DNA of 64,000 nt, taken from positions 2,046,001 to 2,110,000 of the forward strand of contig NC_135915.1 in the NCBI RefSeq assembly GCF_964194155.1. The letters run 5' to 3'. The translations under genes were made by a program, and so were the position numbers. Every line of letters begins with the position of its first letter. Positions within the stretch are counted from its first letter, which is position 1. Below, one piece after another: positions 37,640 to 50,389 of the stretch. Source of the DNA: Cetorhinus maximus (lineage: Eukaryota). Below the pieces are notes generated by a model. The model searched no databases. It was not told the DNA's origin and saw only the letters and a list, made by a program, of their open reading frames with translations.

Positions 37640-38560
37640 GCCGGGTGTTTAACAGTGAGGTTGAATGTCTTGGGCTACAGGAAAAAAATAGATGAGATGG
37701 TCAAATGGGCAGATAAGTGGCAGATGGAATTTAACCCTGACAATTGTGAGGTGATACACTTTGGAAGTAGTAATTTGACAAGGAATCATTCAATGAACGC
37801 CATAACACTCGGAATTTCTGAGGAACAAAGGGAACTTGGCGTGTGTGTCCATCGATATCTGAAGGCGGAGGGATAGGTTAGAGGGGTGGTGAAAAGGCAT
37901 ATGGGACACTTGCCTTTATCAATCGAGGTGTAGATTTCAAAAGTAGGGAGGTCATGTTGGAGTTGCATACAACCTTGGTGAGGCCACATTTGGAGTACTG
38001 TGGTACTGTGTGCAGTTCTGATCGGCACATTATAGGAAGGATGTGATCGCACAGGAAGGGGTGCAGAGGAGATTCACCAGGATGTTACCTGGGATGAAAC
38101 ATTTAATATATGAAGAGAGGTTGGAGGCGCTTGGGTTGTTTTCGTTGGAGCAGAGAAGACTGAGGGGCCACCTGAACGACTGTACCCGATTATGAGGGGC
38201 ATGGACAGGGTGGATAGGAAGCAGCTGATACCCTTAGTTGAAGGGTCATTCACAAGCGGACATAGGTTCAAGGTGAGGGGCAGGATGTTTAAGGGGGATA
38301 TGAGGAAAAACCTTTTTTTCCCAGAGGGTGGTGACGGTCTGGAATGCACTGCCTGGGTGGGTGGTGTAGGCGGGTTGCCTCACATCCTTTAAAAAGTACG
38401 TGGATGAACACTTGGCGCGTCATAACTTTCAACCCCATGGGACAAGTGCTGGCAAATGGGGTTAGGTAGGTAGTTCACCTGTTTTTTTCACGTTTCGGTG
38501 CTGACTCGATGGGCCGAAGGGCCTCTTCTGCACTGTGATTCTATGTTTCTGTGATTCTGA
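37640..38560 (+). mobile_element. CR1 LINE 3' fragment
   Basis: WADKWQMEFNPDNCEVIHFG...QRELGVCVHRYLK and MRGMDRVDRKQLIPLVEGS, ending in a gattctatgtttctgtgattct tail. Confidence 0.9.
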
Positions 38561-39291
38561 GAGAGTGAGAGAGAGAGAGATATTAACGAGAGAGAGAGAG
38601 GAGGAATTGCCCTGAGAGATGGAGACGGAGGGAGGAGGAGAGATTGAGACTTGGAGACACAGCAAGACAGGTCGAGATATGGAGAGAGAGGTCGAGATGG
38701 AGAGAGGCATAGAAAGAGACAAAGTTAGGCACATGTTGCGAGAGTGAGCCTGAGAGAGAATGAGGCTGAGAGAGAACGTGAGGGATAGACACAGAAAGAG
38801 AGAGAGTTGGAGAGAGAGAGATCGAGAGAAAGTGAAAGAGAGAAAGATAGGGAAGGGGAGAGGAAGAGACAAGGCAGAGGCAGAGAAGGCAGCAGAGAGA
38901 GAGACACTGAAATAGTGAAAGGAAAGATTAGCAAACGAGAAAGAGAAATAAAGCGAGATTGGAAGAGAGAAAGAGAACAGAGAGACAAAGTGAGAGAAAG
39001 ACTGAGAAGGAGGGCGAGAGACTGAGGCAGAGAGAGAGAGAGATATAGATCCGCAGAAGGGAGATAGGGAGAAAGAGAGGGAGAGAGAACATAGAGAGAG
39101 TAAAGAGGAAGAGTAAGAGACAGCAAGAGTCATGGAGCGAGAGGGAAAGAGTGAGTGATAGAGACAGGGTGAGAGAGGCACAGAGAGAGAGAGTGAGACA
39201 GAGACAGAGAGAGTGAGAGAGAGATAAATTGGGAGAGACAGACAGACAAACAGAGAGAGTGTGCGAGAGGGGAGAGAGACTGCCAGAGAGA

Positions 39292-39326
<35 letters not shown>

Positions 39327-41610
39327 CAGTGAACCAAAAAGACAACGATAGATAGATAAATAGGTAGATTGGATGACAGGTGGGCAGGCAGGAAGGCAGA
39401 TGGACATGCAGACAGACAGGTAGGCAGATACACAAATTGACAGAGAGATAGATAGACAGGTAAATATGTAGATAGTTAGATAGATAGACAGACAGATAGT
39501 TAGACTGAAGTCTGAATGTCAGTTTAAGGGAAAGGAACTGAGAAGGAGAACAAGAAAGGCAGAAAGACAAACAGAGGTACACACAGAGATTGAAAGAGAC
39601 GGAGAAACGTGAGAGAGAGAGAGAGAGAGAGAGAGAGACGCAACGACACACGCACATGGCCACACATGCACTCTCAATGTGTCTGTGTGTAAGAGAGGGA
39701 GAGAGAGAGAAATGAAGAGAACGAGACAAATAAAATTTTCGGTTGTGAGAGGCAGAGAACACAGAGAGAGCAACACGTACACACACAAACGGAGATGAAC
39801 ACACAGAAAGTGAGAGAGAGGTCTAAGAGAGAGAAGGCGATCGAAAAGGAGAAAAAACTTAGAGTTGCTGGGAGAGAAAGAGAGGGAGAGGCATGGAGAG
39901 AGAAAGACAGAGTGAATGAGAGATTGGAGGATGGAGAGGTAGAGAGGCAGAGTGTGTGACAGGGAGTGAGAGAGATTGAGAGAGTGAGAGAGATGGATAG
40001 AGATAGTGAGAGAAAGAGCATAGAGAGAGATGCGTAAATGCATTGAGCGGAGGAGACAGAGGGAGATGGATGGAATGAGATTTAGAGACACAGCGAGAGG
40101 GATAGAGAGAGAGGGAGAGAGAGAGGGGGAGAGAGACAGGGAGGCAGAGAGAAACGTTGAAAAAGGGGTCAGGGAATGAGCGAGAGAGGCATAGAGAGAG
40201 GCAGGGTTAGACACAAAGTGTGAGAGCGAGACAGAGAGAGAGAGAGAGAGACAGAAAGAAAGAGACAGAGAGACAGAGTGAGACATAGACTGGTAGAAAG
40301 ATAGAGAGAGAGAAAGGGAAGTTTCGGGCGTGAGAGACAGAGAAACATGCACACACACACACGTCGACACTGACACGAAAAGGGAGACAGGGCTGCGAGA
40401 GACAGGGCAGTCGAAAGGAGAGAGTTGATGGGAGAGAAAGAGAGGGTGAGGCAGAGAGAGAGAGAGGGAGAGAGGCAGATAAATTGAGAAAGTAAGAGGA
40501 GGAGAGAGAGAGAGTGTGTTACATAGAGCGGGAGGGAAAGAGAAAGGGAGGGAGTCATAGGGAAGAGGAGAGAATGAGTGTTAGATAAATAGCGGGAGAG
40601 ACCCAGGGAGACAGAAAGAGAGAGACATTGAAAAATAGAGGGGAGAGAAAAGAGAGAGAGGCAAAGAGAGAGACAGAGTGAGACACGGTGTGAGGGAGAG
40701 AGAGAGAAAGAGAGGGGGAGAGAGAGAGAGAGAGGGAGAGATAAAGTAACAGAAAAAAAAGAAAGGGGTAAGAGAGAGGAACGGACAAACACACAAGTAG
40801 AGGCAACAAAGAGGCAGAGAGAGGGAGAGAGCTAATGAAACAGACAAAGGAAAATTTAGAAAGGGAGGAAGAGAGAGAAGGCGTAAGTGAAAGAGGGAAA
40901 GAGAACAGAGAGACAAAGAGAGAGTGACTGAGAAGGAGGGCGAGAGGGTGAGGCAGAGCAAGAGACAGGGATTGGCACGCAGAGGGAGAGATAGAGAGAA
41001 AGAGGCGGATAGAGAGACAGAGAGAGTAAAGAGGAAGAGAAAGAGACAGCAAGTGTTACAGCGAGAAGGGAAGTGTGAGAGATGCAGACACAGCGAGAGA
41101 GGTACAGATAGAGAGAGAGAGTCAGAAAAAAAAGAGAAAGTTAGCGAGAGAGGTGGCGAGAAGCAGAGACAGATAGAGTGACAGAGACAGAGAAAGAGAG
41201 AGAGGCATAGGGAGAGAGAGGGAAAGAGAGAAATAAAAATTCGGAGAGAGATAGATAATTAGCTAGCCGGACAGACAGACAGAGTGAGAGAGAGGGAAAC
41301 AAAAGGACAGAGAGTCAGCGAGAGCGATAGAGAGAGAGAGAGAGAGAGAGTGGGGCAGAAAAAGAGAGTGGGGAAGTGAGATGGAAGAAAAAGACACAGG
41401 GTGAGCGAGAGCCAGAGAGAGAGAAGAAGAGAAGAAGAACAAGGTAATGGGAGAGACAGTGAGTGTAAAAACCAGAGAGAGAGATAAAGAGTTCAAGAGC
41501 GACAGGGGAGGAAAGGGAGAGACACACCAAAAGGGAGTGAGTGAGATGTGCACGGAGAAAAAGAGGGACAGGTAGCGGGGGGAGGGAGAGAGAGAGAGAG
41601 AGAGAGAGAT
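38560..41610. repeat. ~3 kb degenerate (GA)n polypurine tract
   Basis: Seen directly in the sequence; includes a GATA/GACA segment at 39345-39500 and an internal duplication. Confidence 0.92.
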
Positions 41611-42103
41611 TGATAGTGAGATAGATTCGCATTTGATTGTGGTGTGGAATCAGTTTTTTAGGGATTTTGATTACATCCAGATATTTTGTTCGTTGACTAT
41701 TTTAATAAATTGTCATCCTTAACCCACTGTAATCGCACAACTGAATGTCCACAGTTAAGAGGACAGTTACCCCACATGGTGTAATAGAACAGAGGCACTC
41801 GAAGGTTTGGAATTTAAACAATATATGGTACCAGTCAAGGATATCACTGAAACAATAGGAGATCTATATGAGGGACTGATGGTGATTGAGTGGACAACAT
41901 ATTATCCAGGTGAATACAGCTCTTGTTCTTTTTATTAGTTAATTAATTTGATAAGTAGAGTCCAGTCCTTGGATCATGTGAGCTCCATTTAAAAATAAAC
42001 ATTTTGTATCAATAAACTCAAAGTCATTATCTGTTTGTTCATATACTTTAAAAAACAATTTGAACAATGTTGCAATTTCAACATCCCTGAGGTGATCCCG
42101 CAG

Positions 42104-42112
42104 GGTATAAGT
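42104..42112 (+). promoter_or_regulatory. Candidate TATA box of GPCR copy 2
   Basis: gggTATAAgtt about 80 nt upstream of exon 1. Confidence 0.35.
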
Positions 42113-42188
42113 TAAAGGCTTTGGGAATGTATCACCTCAGTGTTTAAGGCAGATATTACCAGCAGCACAAAGGGGCACATCACTTCGC

Positions 42189-42261
42189 AATGAAACAACG
42201 CTATCAATTAAAGTGGCTGAGAAAATATTTCACACAATCTTTGCTGTTATCGGTGTTCCTG
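42189..42261 (+). CDS. GPR139-like GPCR copy 2, exon 1 (N-terminus and start of TM1)
   Basis: The frame from 42189 reads NETTLSIKVAEKIFHTIFAVIGVP-G|GT. The phase-1 donor at 42262 joins the acceptor at 49362 to give ...IGVPVNLLGIVILSRGKCG. The ATG at 42190 is out of this frame. Confidence 0.7.
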
Positions 42262-42594
42262 GTGTGTGACCAAAGCTACTGAAGTTGTGTAAATCTGTAT
42301 GTGAGCGGCTCTCTCATTTTAAACTGTGACTGAAAATATTACATTCTGATCTGTTGCTCACTGTCACAGACACACTGAATCAGCGATATAATTTGCTGAA
42401 TTAAAATGTCTTGAATGTTTCTGCGGCTTTATTCAATTTTGTCAAATGAAAACAAACCTTTGATTGTAACTAGCAGGCTCTCTGATGAATTATGTCCTAG
42501 TATTCAGTGGAAAATTGTGTAATGTTAAAATAGACCTTAGTGAAGGCAAAATCTCTGAAGGAATGTTCATTGGGAGTCAGAGGAAAATCACCCT

Positions 42595-43280
42595 GTGTGT
42601 GGGTCATTAATCAGAGTGGAATACCTGGCCCCAATCACCACTCTGTCACGGACTGTGCCTGTTCGTGTCAAATTGTCCTAAGTGTGTGTTAGTAACCAGA
42701 TTGGAAAACCTCACTCCAGCGACCATATGTTTCTGGGTCTATCTGTTAATGTCTGTTTCTCTTAAGTGTGTGTCAGTAACCAGAGTGGAATACCTGACTC
42801 CAGTCACCAATCTTTCACTGACTTTATCTGTTCGTGTCAACTTGTCCTAAGTGTGGGTCAGTAACCACAGTGTAATACATGACTACAGTCACCAATCTTT
42901 CAATTACTGTATCTGATAGTGTCAAATGTTCCCAAGTGTGGGTCAGTAACCAGAGTGGTATACCTGTCCCCAGTGAACATGTATTACTGGCTGTATCTGT
43001 CAGTGTAGAATTTTACTGAGTGTGGGTCATTAATCAGAGTGGAATAACTGGCACCAGCCACCACTCTTTCACTCACTGCATCTGTTAGTGTCAAATTGTA
43101 GAAAGTGTGGGTTAGTAAAAAGAGTGGAATAACTGACTGCAGTCAACATTTATTTATGGTTATATCTGGCAGTGCAGAATTGCATTGAGTTAGGCCAGTA
43201 ACCAGAGTGGAATACCTGCTCCAAGTGATAATGCATGACTGGGAACATTTGTCGGTGTCGAATTGAACTGATGTGGGTCA
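42595..43280. repeat. ~84-bp satellite array in the intron of GPCR copy 2
   Basis: Same unit as 1-950; about 8 copies. Confidence 0.9.
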
Positions 43281-43589
43281 GCATCCGCACTGAAAGGATT
43301 CGTTTCGATTTGGAAATCATGTCTGTTTTTATTGATGAACTGTCTTTCCATTCCTTGGAGCTCTCTCTGCGTTTTACGTTCTGTATAGGGTGACAAAAAG
43401 AAGTGTTTTGATGTTGGTTGAAGATATTTGGTAGTGAGTGTATGAAGTTAAATGTCTGGATTTAGCTCCATTTTCTATTGAGCTGCTTCAACAGAATTAG
43501 ATGTCAACCCGTTCCTGATATTGAAGCAATCCGCCAGCACTCTTACAGTGGTCCAATGTTCTTTCTGATTGTATTATAAGGCCAGAAGA

Positions 43590-45810
43590 GATCGGAGCAG
43601 TTGAAGGTCATTCCGCCCATGGAGTCAGCTCAGCCATTCAGTGAGATCATTGCTGATCTGATCATCGTCACCTCCACAATCCTGCCTTTTACCCATAACC
43701 CTTCATTCACTGACTGATTAAAAATCTGTCGAGCTCAGCCTTGAATATATTTAACGACTCATCATCTACAGCCCTCAAGGGGAACTAATTCCACAGATAA
43801 ACTAATTTCTGAGAGAAGAAATTCCACCTAATCTCTGCATTAAATTGGTGAACGCTTTCTCTGAGATGATGCCCACTCGTCCTGAACCCCCCCACAAGGC
43901 GAAACAGCTTCTCAACATGTACTGTTTCAAGCCCCCTCGAAATCTTATATGTTTCAATAAGGCCCACTCTCATTATTTTCAACTCCAATGAGTACATGCC
44001 CAATCTAATCAATCTCCCCACCTGAAAAAAGTCCCTCCACATCCGGCACCAGCCTATTGAACCTTCTGTGGGCTGCCTCCAATTCCAGCATATCTTTCCA
44101 CAAATAAAGGGACCAAAATTGTTGACATTATTATAAGCGAGTGCCTTGTATAGTTCTAGCATGACTTCCCCATTTTTATAATCCATTCCCTTTGAAATTA
44201 AAGCCAATATTTCATTTCCCTTCCCTATCAACTGCTGAAATTACCGTTTTCATATTCATGTACATGGGCTCCCAAATCCCTCTCTGCTGAAGCTTTCTGC
44301 AACTTTGTCCATTTATGTAATATTGAACTCCTCTATTCTTCCAGCCAACGTGCATAAACCCACAGTTTCCGATATTATATGGCATCTGCCAAGTTTTACC
44401 AACTCAGTTAACATTTCTATATGCCCCTGTAGGCCCTTTGAGTCTTCCTCACCTCTTGCCTTCGCACCAATGTCTGAGATAACTGGGAATTTGGCGATAG
44501 TAGATTCACTTCCATCATATAAGCCATTGATATATATTGTAAGTAACTGTGGTCCCAGCACTGATTCCTGTGGCGCTCCACGACTTACAGTTTACCATTC
44601 TGAAAATGCCCCCCTTATCTCAGCTCTCTGTCTTCTATTAGTTAACAAATCCTCTATCCATGCTAGTGTACTACCCCAAGACCATGAACTCTTATCTTAT
44701 TAAGCAGCCGTGTGTACGGTACCTTATTGAACGCCTTTTTGGAAACACAAGAATATTGCATATCCTGTTTCCCCTTTATCCATTCTGCTTTTTACTTCCT
44801 CAAATAATTCTAATAAATTTGCCAGTCACGATTTCCCCATCATCAAACCATGTTAACTCTGCTTGATTATATTATGTATTTTAAATGCTCTGCTATCACA
44901 TTCCTTGTCATAGACTCTAACGTTTTCCCAAAAGTGCATGTTAAGCTATTTGGCCTGTAGTTACCTGACCTTTTTCTCTCCCTCCCTTTTTGAATAAGGT
45001 TGTTACTTTGGCAGATTTCCAATCTTCTGTGTCTTTTCCAGAATCAAACGATTCTTGGAAGATAACTGTCAGTGCATCCATTATTTTTGCAGATACTTCC
45101 TTAAATATCCTAGGTTGCAACCCATCAGGGATTTATCGGTTTTTAGCTCCATTAGTTTCTTGATCACTTTTTCTCCAGTGATAGTTATTTCTTTATTCCC
45201 TTCCCCCATTTCCCCCATGATTATTTAGTATTTTTGGAACGTGATTGGTGTCGTCTACCATGAAGACTGATGCAAAGCATTATTTCAACTCCTCTGCCAT
45301 TTCCGGGTTCCCCATTCTCATTTTCACAGACTCGTTCTCTAAGAGGCATTAGTTCACTTAAGACTGTCTCTTCATTTTTTTCTTATATTTAAAGCATCTG
45401 CTACGTAACCTTTTTTTAAGACCTGCTAGTTATCGCTCAATGTTTATTTTCTCAATCTTTAATGTATTTTTGGATAACTTTTCTTGGTTTTAAAAAAAAG
45501 ATCATAATTCTGGCTTGCGACTAACCTTTGCCACATTGTACATTTTTCTTTTTTCAGCTTGATTCTATATTCAACTTCTTGGGTAGACTATGGTTGATTA
45601 TGTCCATCCTAGAATCTTAATTCCTCACAGGGATATTTCGCTGATATGAGTCTTGAACAATTTTCTTAAACGTCTGCCATTGTTCATCAACCGTCTTTTC
45701 TCTTGAATTCATTTCCCAGTCTACTCCAGCCAACTCTGCCCTCATTCCTTTGTAATTATCCGTTTGTATGTTTAGCACAGTTGTTTCGGACCCATTTTCA
45801 CTCTCAAACT
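43590..45810 (-). mobile_element. Decayed CR1 (paralogue of 1235-3460)
   Basis: LGPQLLTIYINGL.DG.E.TIAKF and EVMLELYKAL...RLGMYSLE; collinear with copy 1. Confidence 0.88.
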
Positions 45811-45829
45811 GCAAACAAACTCGCTGCTT

Positions 45830-45990
45830 CTCTCATGCTTCTCTCACACTCTCTCGCTCCTAATGACCCCGCTTCTCCTCTCTCACTCTGACTGCTAATG
45901 GCCCCGTTGCTCCTCTCTCTCTCTCACTGTTAATGGCCCCGCTACAACTGTCTCACTGCTAATGGCCCCGCTTCTCCTCTCTCACTCTCC
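45830..45990. repeat. ~35-bp pyrimidine-rich minisatellite (ctaatggccccgcttctcctctctcact)
   Basis: 4-5 units at the junction between two CR1 pieces. Confidence 0.75.
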
Positions 45991-45994
45991 TCCA

Positions 45995-48900
45995 GTACAC
46001 TGGCACCCCTCGAATGGCCAGATAATTTGAAAATAAGCGTCAGAGACATTGCACCCTCCTCCCGTACCTCATATTGCAACCGGGGTTACATCTCATCTGG
46101 GCCTGTGAATTTATCCACTTTCAAGTAAAAACCACTAAAACGTCCACCCATTCAAAGCTAATTTGTTCAAGTATATCACACGTCCCCCTCCCTGATTTCA
46201 ACACCTGCATCATCGCTCTCCACAGTCATCACAGATGAAGAGTAAACGTTCATAACCTCACCTTTGTCCTTCAGTTACAGCACAACCTGCCACTTTGTTC
46301 CCTGATGGGTCCTACTCTTTCCCTGGTTATCCTCATGCCCTCAATATATTTATAAAATGCCTTGGGTTTTGCTTTACCTTTCCGGCTATTGTTTCGTAAT
46401 GTCTCCTGTTAGCTCTCCTAACTACTTGTTAATAACCACACCCCTCCCCCACCACACACTTTTGATGCTTCTCTAGCGTTTCCGCGCTGTTTTAAAACCC
46501 CTGTATCTGCCATCAGTCACTTTTCTTTTTCCTTATCCAATCCTCTCTATCCCTTGACAACCAGTATCCCCTGGAATTGTTTGTCCTACCCCTCACCTCT
46601 GCGGGAACATGTTGGCCCTGAACTCTCACCATTTCCTTTCTGAATGACTACCGCAGGCCTTTTGTAGCCTTTCCTACAATTAGCTGCTCCCAGTCCACTT
46701 TGGCCACATCCTGTCATAAAATTTTGTTGTCGGCCTTCCCCAATTTCAGCACCTTTAATTACAAGCCATCTTTGTCATTTTCAATAACTACCTTAAAAGC
46801 GCAAGAACTATGGTCTATTTCCACGAAATGCTTTCCCCCACTGCCACTTATATCACTTTCCTGGCTTCATTCCCTAAGATTAGGTCGAGTGCCGCCCGTT
46901 CGCTCGTAGGGCTTTAGCCTTGCCTCAAAAAGCTCTCTTTCAAGCACTTTAAGAATTCCACCACATCGAAGCCTCTCACACTAAGACTATCCAAGTTAAT
47001 ATTGGTGAATTGAAATTTTCTACTATTATTACCCTTGTACACAACTCTGAGATTTTCCTACATATCCGCTCCTCTAGCCCCCCTGACTCTTTGGAGGCAT
47101 TTAGTGCACCCCCAGCAATGTGATTGCCTCCGCTATTTAAGTTCTCTACAGATGGCCTCATTTGAGGAACCTTCTAATTTACCATCACTCCTTCTGGCAT
47201 TAATTTACTTATTCATCAATCGTGCAATGCCAACTTCCATTTAGAACCCCCACCACCAAGTCGCCCTCAGCCTCCTGTCATGCCTGAACATTCTATACCG
47301 TGGAACATTGTGCTGCCAGTCCTGCCCTGCCACCAACCATGTCTCTGTGATAGCAACAATATCATATTCCCATGTGTTAATCAGCACCCTCAATTCATAT
47401 GCCCTACTTTTAAGACTCATTTCATTACAATAGCAGCGAACCAGCCTTGCATTATTCCCCTGTGCCTTAACAGGTCTACGTTTGCTCTGTCTTCCAGACT
47501 CACTTAGCTTCTCTTCTATATTAGGCTGTGCACCACCCTCTACTGTACATTCAGTCATTAATACATAAAAATACCGAATTAGTTTTACCCTCATCCCAAA
47601 CCCAACCCCAACATCACAAGCAAACCTCCCCACAAAGATGTTGCTCCTGTGCCAGTTCAGGTGCAACCTGTCCGACGTGTACAGATGCCAATTCGCCAGA
47701 AACATACCCTGATGAAGGAACCAGAAGTCCTCCCACACGCAACATTTCTTCAGCCACGCATTCATCTTCTCTATCCTCATATTCCTATACTCACTTGCAC
47801 GTGGCAAGGGGGCCATGCAGATGTTGCAACCTTGGAAGTCCCGCTTTTTAATCTGCTGCCTAGCTCCCTAAGTTAATTTTGCAGTACTTCATCCCTCTTT
47901 CTACCTAAGTCGTTAGTACGAATGTGAACCATTTTTCCCTCCCTCTTCAGAATGCCTTGCAACTGTTCTGCAATATCCTTGACCCTGCTACCAGGCAGGC
48001 AACACACAACATCCTGGAGTCACGTCTATGGCTGCAGAAGTTCCTGTCTGCACCCCTAACTATTTAGTCTCCTACCACTATTGCTGTTGCACTCTTACCC
48101 CTCCCCACTTGTGCAGCTGAGAAACCCACAGTGCCTGGAATTTGACTCTGGTTGCACTCTCCAGTGGAACATTCACCCTTATCATTTTCCAAAACAGAAA
48201 AAATGGGTTTCAACATTACCTGCCTGGTGCTTTCCTCATTACATATCTGTGGCTTTCCTCATTACATGCCTGCATCCCTTCTTCTGACTGGTGGTCACCC
48301 ATTCCCGCACTTCCTCAAGCTGGTGAGTGACCACATCCAAAAATGTTCTATCCACCTATCTCTCAGTCTCGCGGATGCTACGCTGTGTCCCAGCTGACGC
48401 TAACGCGCTGAAACCAATTGCTCAAGCTGGTGAATCCAGTGGCACTTCCTGCACTTGCGGTCATTCAGATTGTAATGCGTGTCGAAGAATCCACATGCAA
48501 ATCACATGACTGACTCTCTTTGACATAAGTTTTATTTTATTTTTATTACAAAAAACTGTTTCACTAAATTTAAGTAAAAAACGATTTAGCTTTTTTCTGT
48601 CAAAATAAATTCAAATGCTGTAAATGTTACCTACTGTAATGTAGTTTTAAAGTGGAGAACAAAGAAAACACCTTACTCACTAACTACAATGCAGAACTCT
48701 CCCTTGTCCTGACATCACTCCTTATGAATTCCAGCACCGCCCAGTACCTGTGTGAGAACAGGCTCGCTGACTGGTAAACTCTTCAGCGCTCTTTATACAG
48801 TCGCTCTGTTCCCTCATAGGTAAACTCCGCATCGCTCTTTATACAGCCGCTCCGTTCCCTCAATGTAAACTCCGCTATCGCTCTCTACACAGCCGCACCG

Positions 48901-49070
48901 CTCCATGTCAGGTAAACTCCGTTATCGCTCTTGATACAGCTGCTCTGCTCCCTCAAAGGGGCATTCAGCTCCACACTTTTTACAGCCGCTCCGCTCCCTC
49001 ACAGGTAAACTGTGTTTTCGCTCTTTATACAGCCGCTCTGCTCCCTCACAGGTAAACTCCTGCTCTTTAA
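45995..49070 (-). mobile_element. 5'-intact CR1 LINE: ~46-bp tandem 5' UTR repeats (48770-49070), ORF1 zinc-finger and esterase, ORF2 APE
   Basis: ORF 47241-47816 carries MNAWLKKCC.WEDF.FL...LYTSDRLHLN (CR1 ORF1 SGNH-esterase DGLHL motif) and ELRVLINTWEYDIVAITETWL (APE). A CRKCHWIHQLEQ segment lies at ~48420-48460. Confidence 0.8.
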
Positions 49071-49361
49071 ACATCCGCTCACGTCTGGCTCTTTTTTGTT
49101 GTTTCACCTTTATAGTTTGTTTAATTTCCCCCTATCCTTTAAATAATAAATTTAATAATAATCAACAAGTGATTGTAACTCAGCTGCTAATTTCAATCTA
49201 AAAACAAAGCTAAAATCTGAAATATTCACCAGCCAGTCGACTGCCTGTCCTCCTGTGACCAAACTCTGTTTTGGTGCTGAAATCCTGTGCTCCCTGTCAG
49301 GGTCACACACGGAGAATGTTTAATCATTAATTTCCAGGCCCTTCTCCCCTCTCTCTGACAG

Positions 49362-50389
49362 TTAATCTACTGGGAATTGTGATCCTGTCCCGGGGAAAGT
49401 GTGGCCTCTCCACCTGCACCACTCGCTACCTGGTGGCCATGGCAACGGCCGATCTACTGCTCATTATCACACATGTCATACTGACCAAGATCAGAAATTA
49501 TTATTTCCCAGTGACTTTCCTGGACATCACTCCTGTGTGTAGTGTTCACGTTGTCCTGCTGGTTGCAGCGACGGACTGTTCTGTGTGGTTCACCGTCACT
49601 TTCTCCTTTGATCGATTTGTGGCCATTCGTTGCCAGAAGCTGAGAACAAAATATTGCACTGGGAAAACTGCGGCTGTGGTTCTAGTGACAACCGGTATCC
49701 TGCTCTGTTTAAAAAACATCTCGTGGTACTTCACATATGAAGCTGTTGTGATAATCGACAATGTACCATGGGGCTGTTTTCCAAAGCCAAGCATTTATAC
49801 TGATCCCGGATGGGTTGGATTTTCCTGGTTTAAGACAGTTTTAACCCCATTGCTCCCATTCGGATTAATTCTGCTGATTAACGCTCTGACAGTCACACAC
49901 ATTTTAGTGGCCAGTCGAGTCCGGAAGGGACTGAGGGCTCAGAGTAAGGGAGAGAATCGCAGTGACCCAGAGATGGAGAGCAGGAGGAAGTCAATGATTT
50001 TACTCTTCACCATATCCGGCATCTTCATCCTCCTGTGGTCGGTGCATGTTATAAAATTCTTCTATATTGATGTGAGAGGTTTAGTTTACCTCACCTATCC
50101 TGAATATATATTACAACAAGTCGGATTTATTCTGCGGAGTTTAAATTGCTGCACAAACACATTTATTTATGGGGTGATTCAGTCCAAGTTCCGAGAGCAG
50201 GTCAAGAAAACGGTGAAATATCCGGTTACATCAATTATTCAATTAATGAAGAAAAAAAACCGACTGTCAGACGCCTCAGCCAATCGGAGAGCTCCGGCTG
50301 CTGACGGACAGGCGCTTCCCCCAATGAGGGAGCTCCGCATGCTGACTGACAGTAGCATCAGCCAGTCAGGGATCGCCGCCGCTAACTGA
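49362..50389 (+). CDS. GPR139/GPR142-like class A GPCR copy 2, main exon (TM1-TM7, intact ORF)
   Basis: The acceptor is ctctctgacag. The exon has TRYLVAMATADLL (TM2), C-S-V-H..AATDCSVWFTVTFSFDRF (TM3), LTPLLPFGLILLINALTV (TM5), LFTISGIFILLW (TM6) and LNCCTNTFIY (TM7), with no internal stops. Confidence 0.9.

Noticed and set aside
38462-41632. Long Ser/Leu-rich ORFs (up to 323 aa)
   Set aside because: Artefacts of the GA/TC low-complexity tract.
48770-49070. Independent regulatory or CRISPR-like 46-bp array
   Set aside because: It has no spacers, and its position just upstream of CR1 ORF1 is better explained as the LINE 5' UTR repeat.
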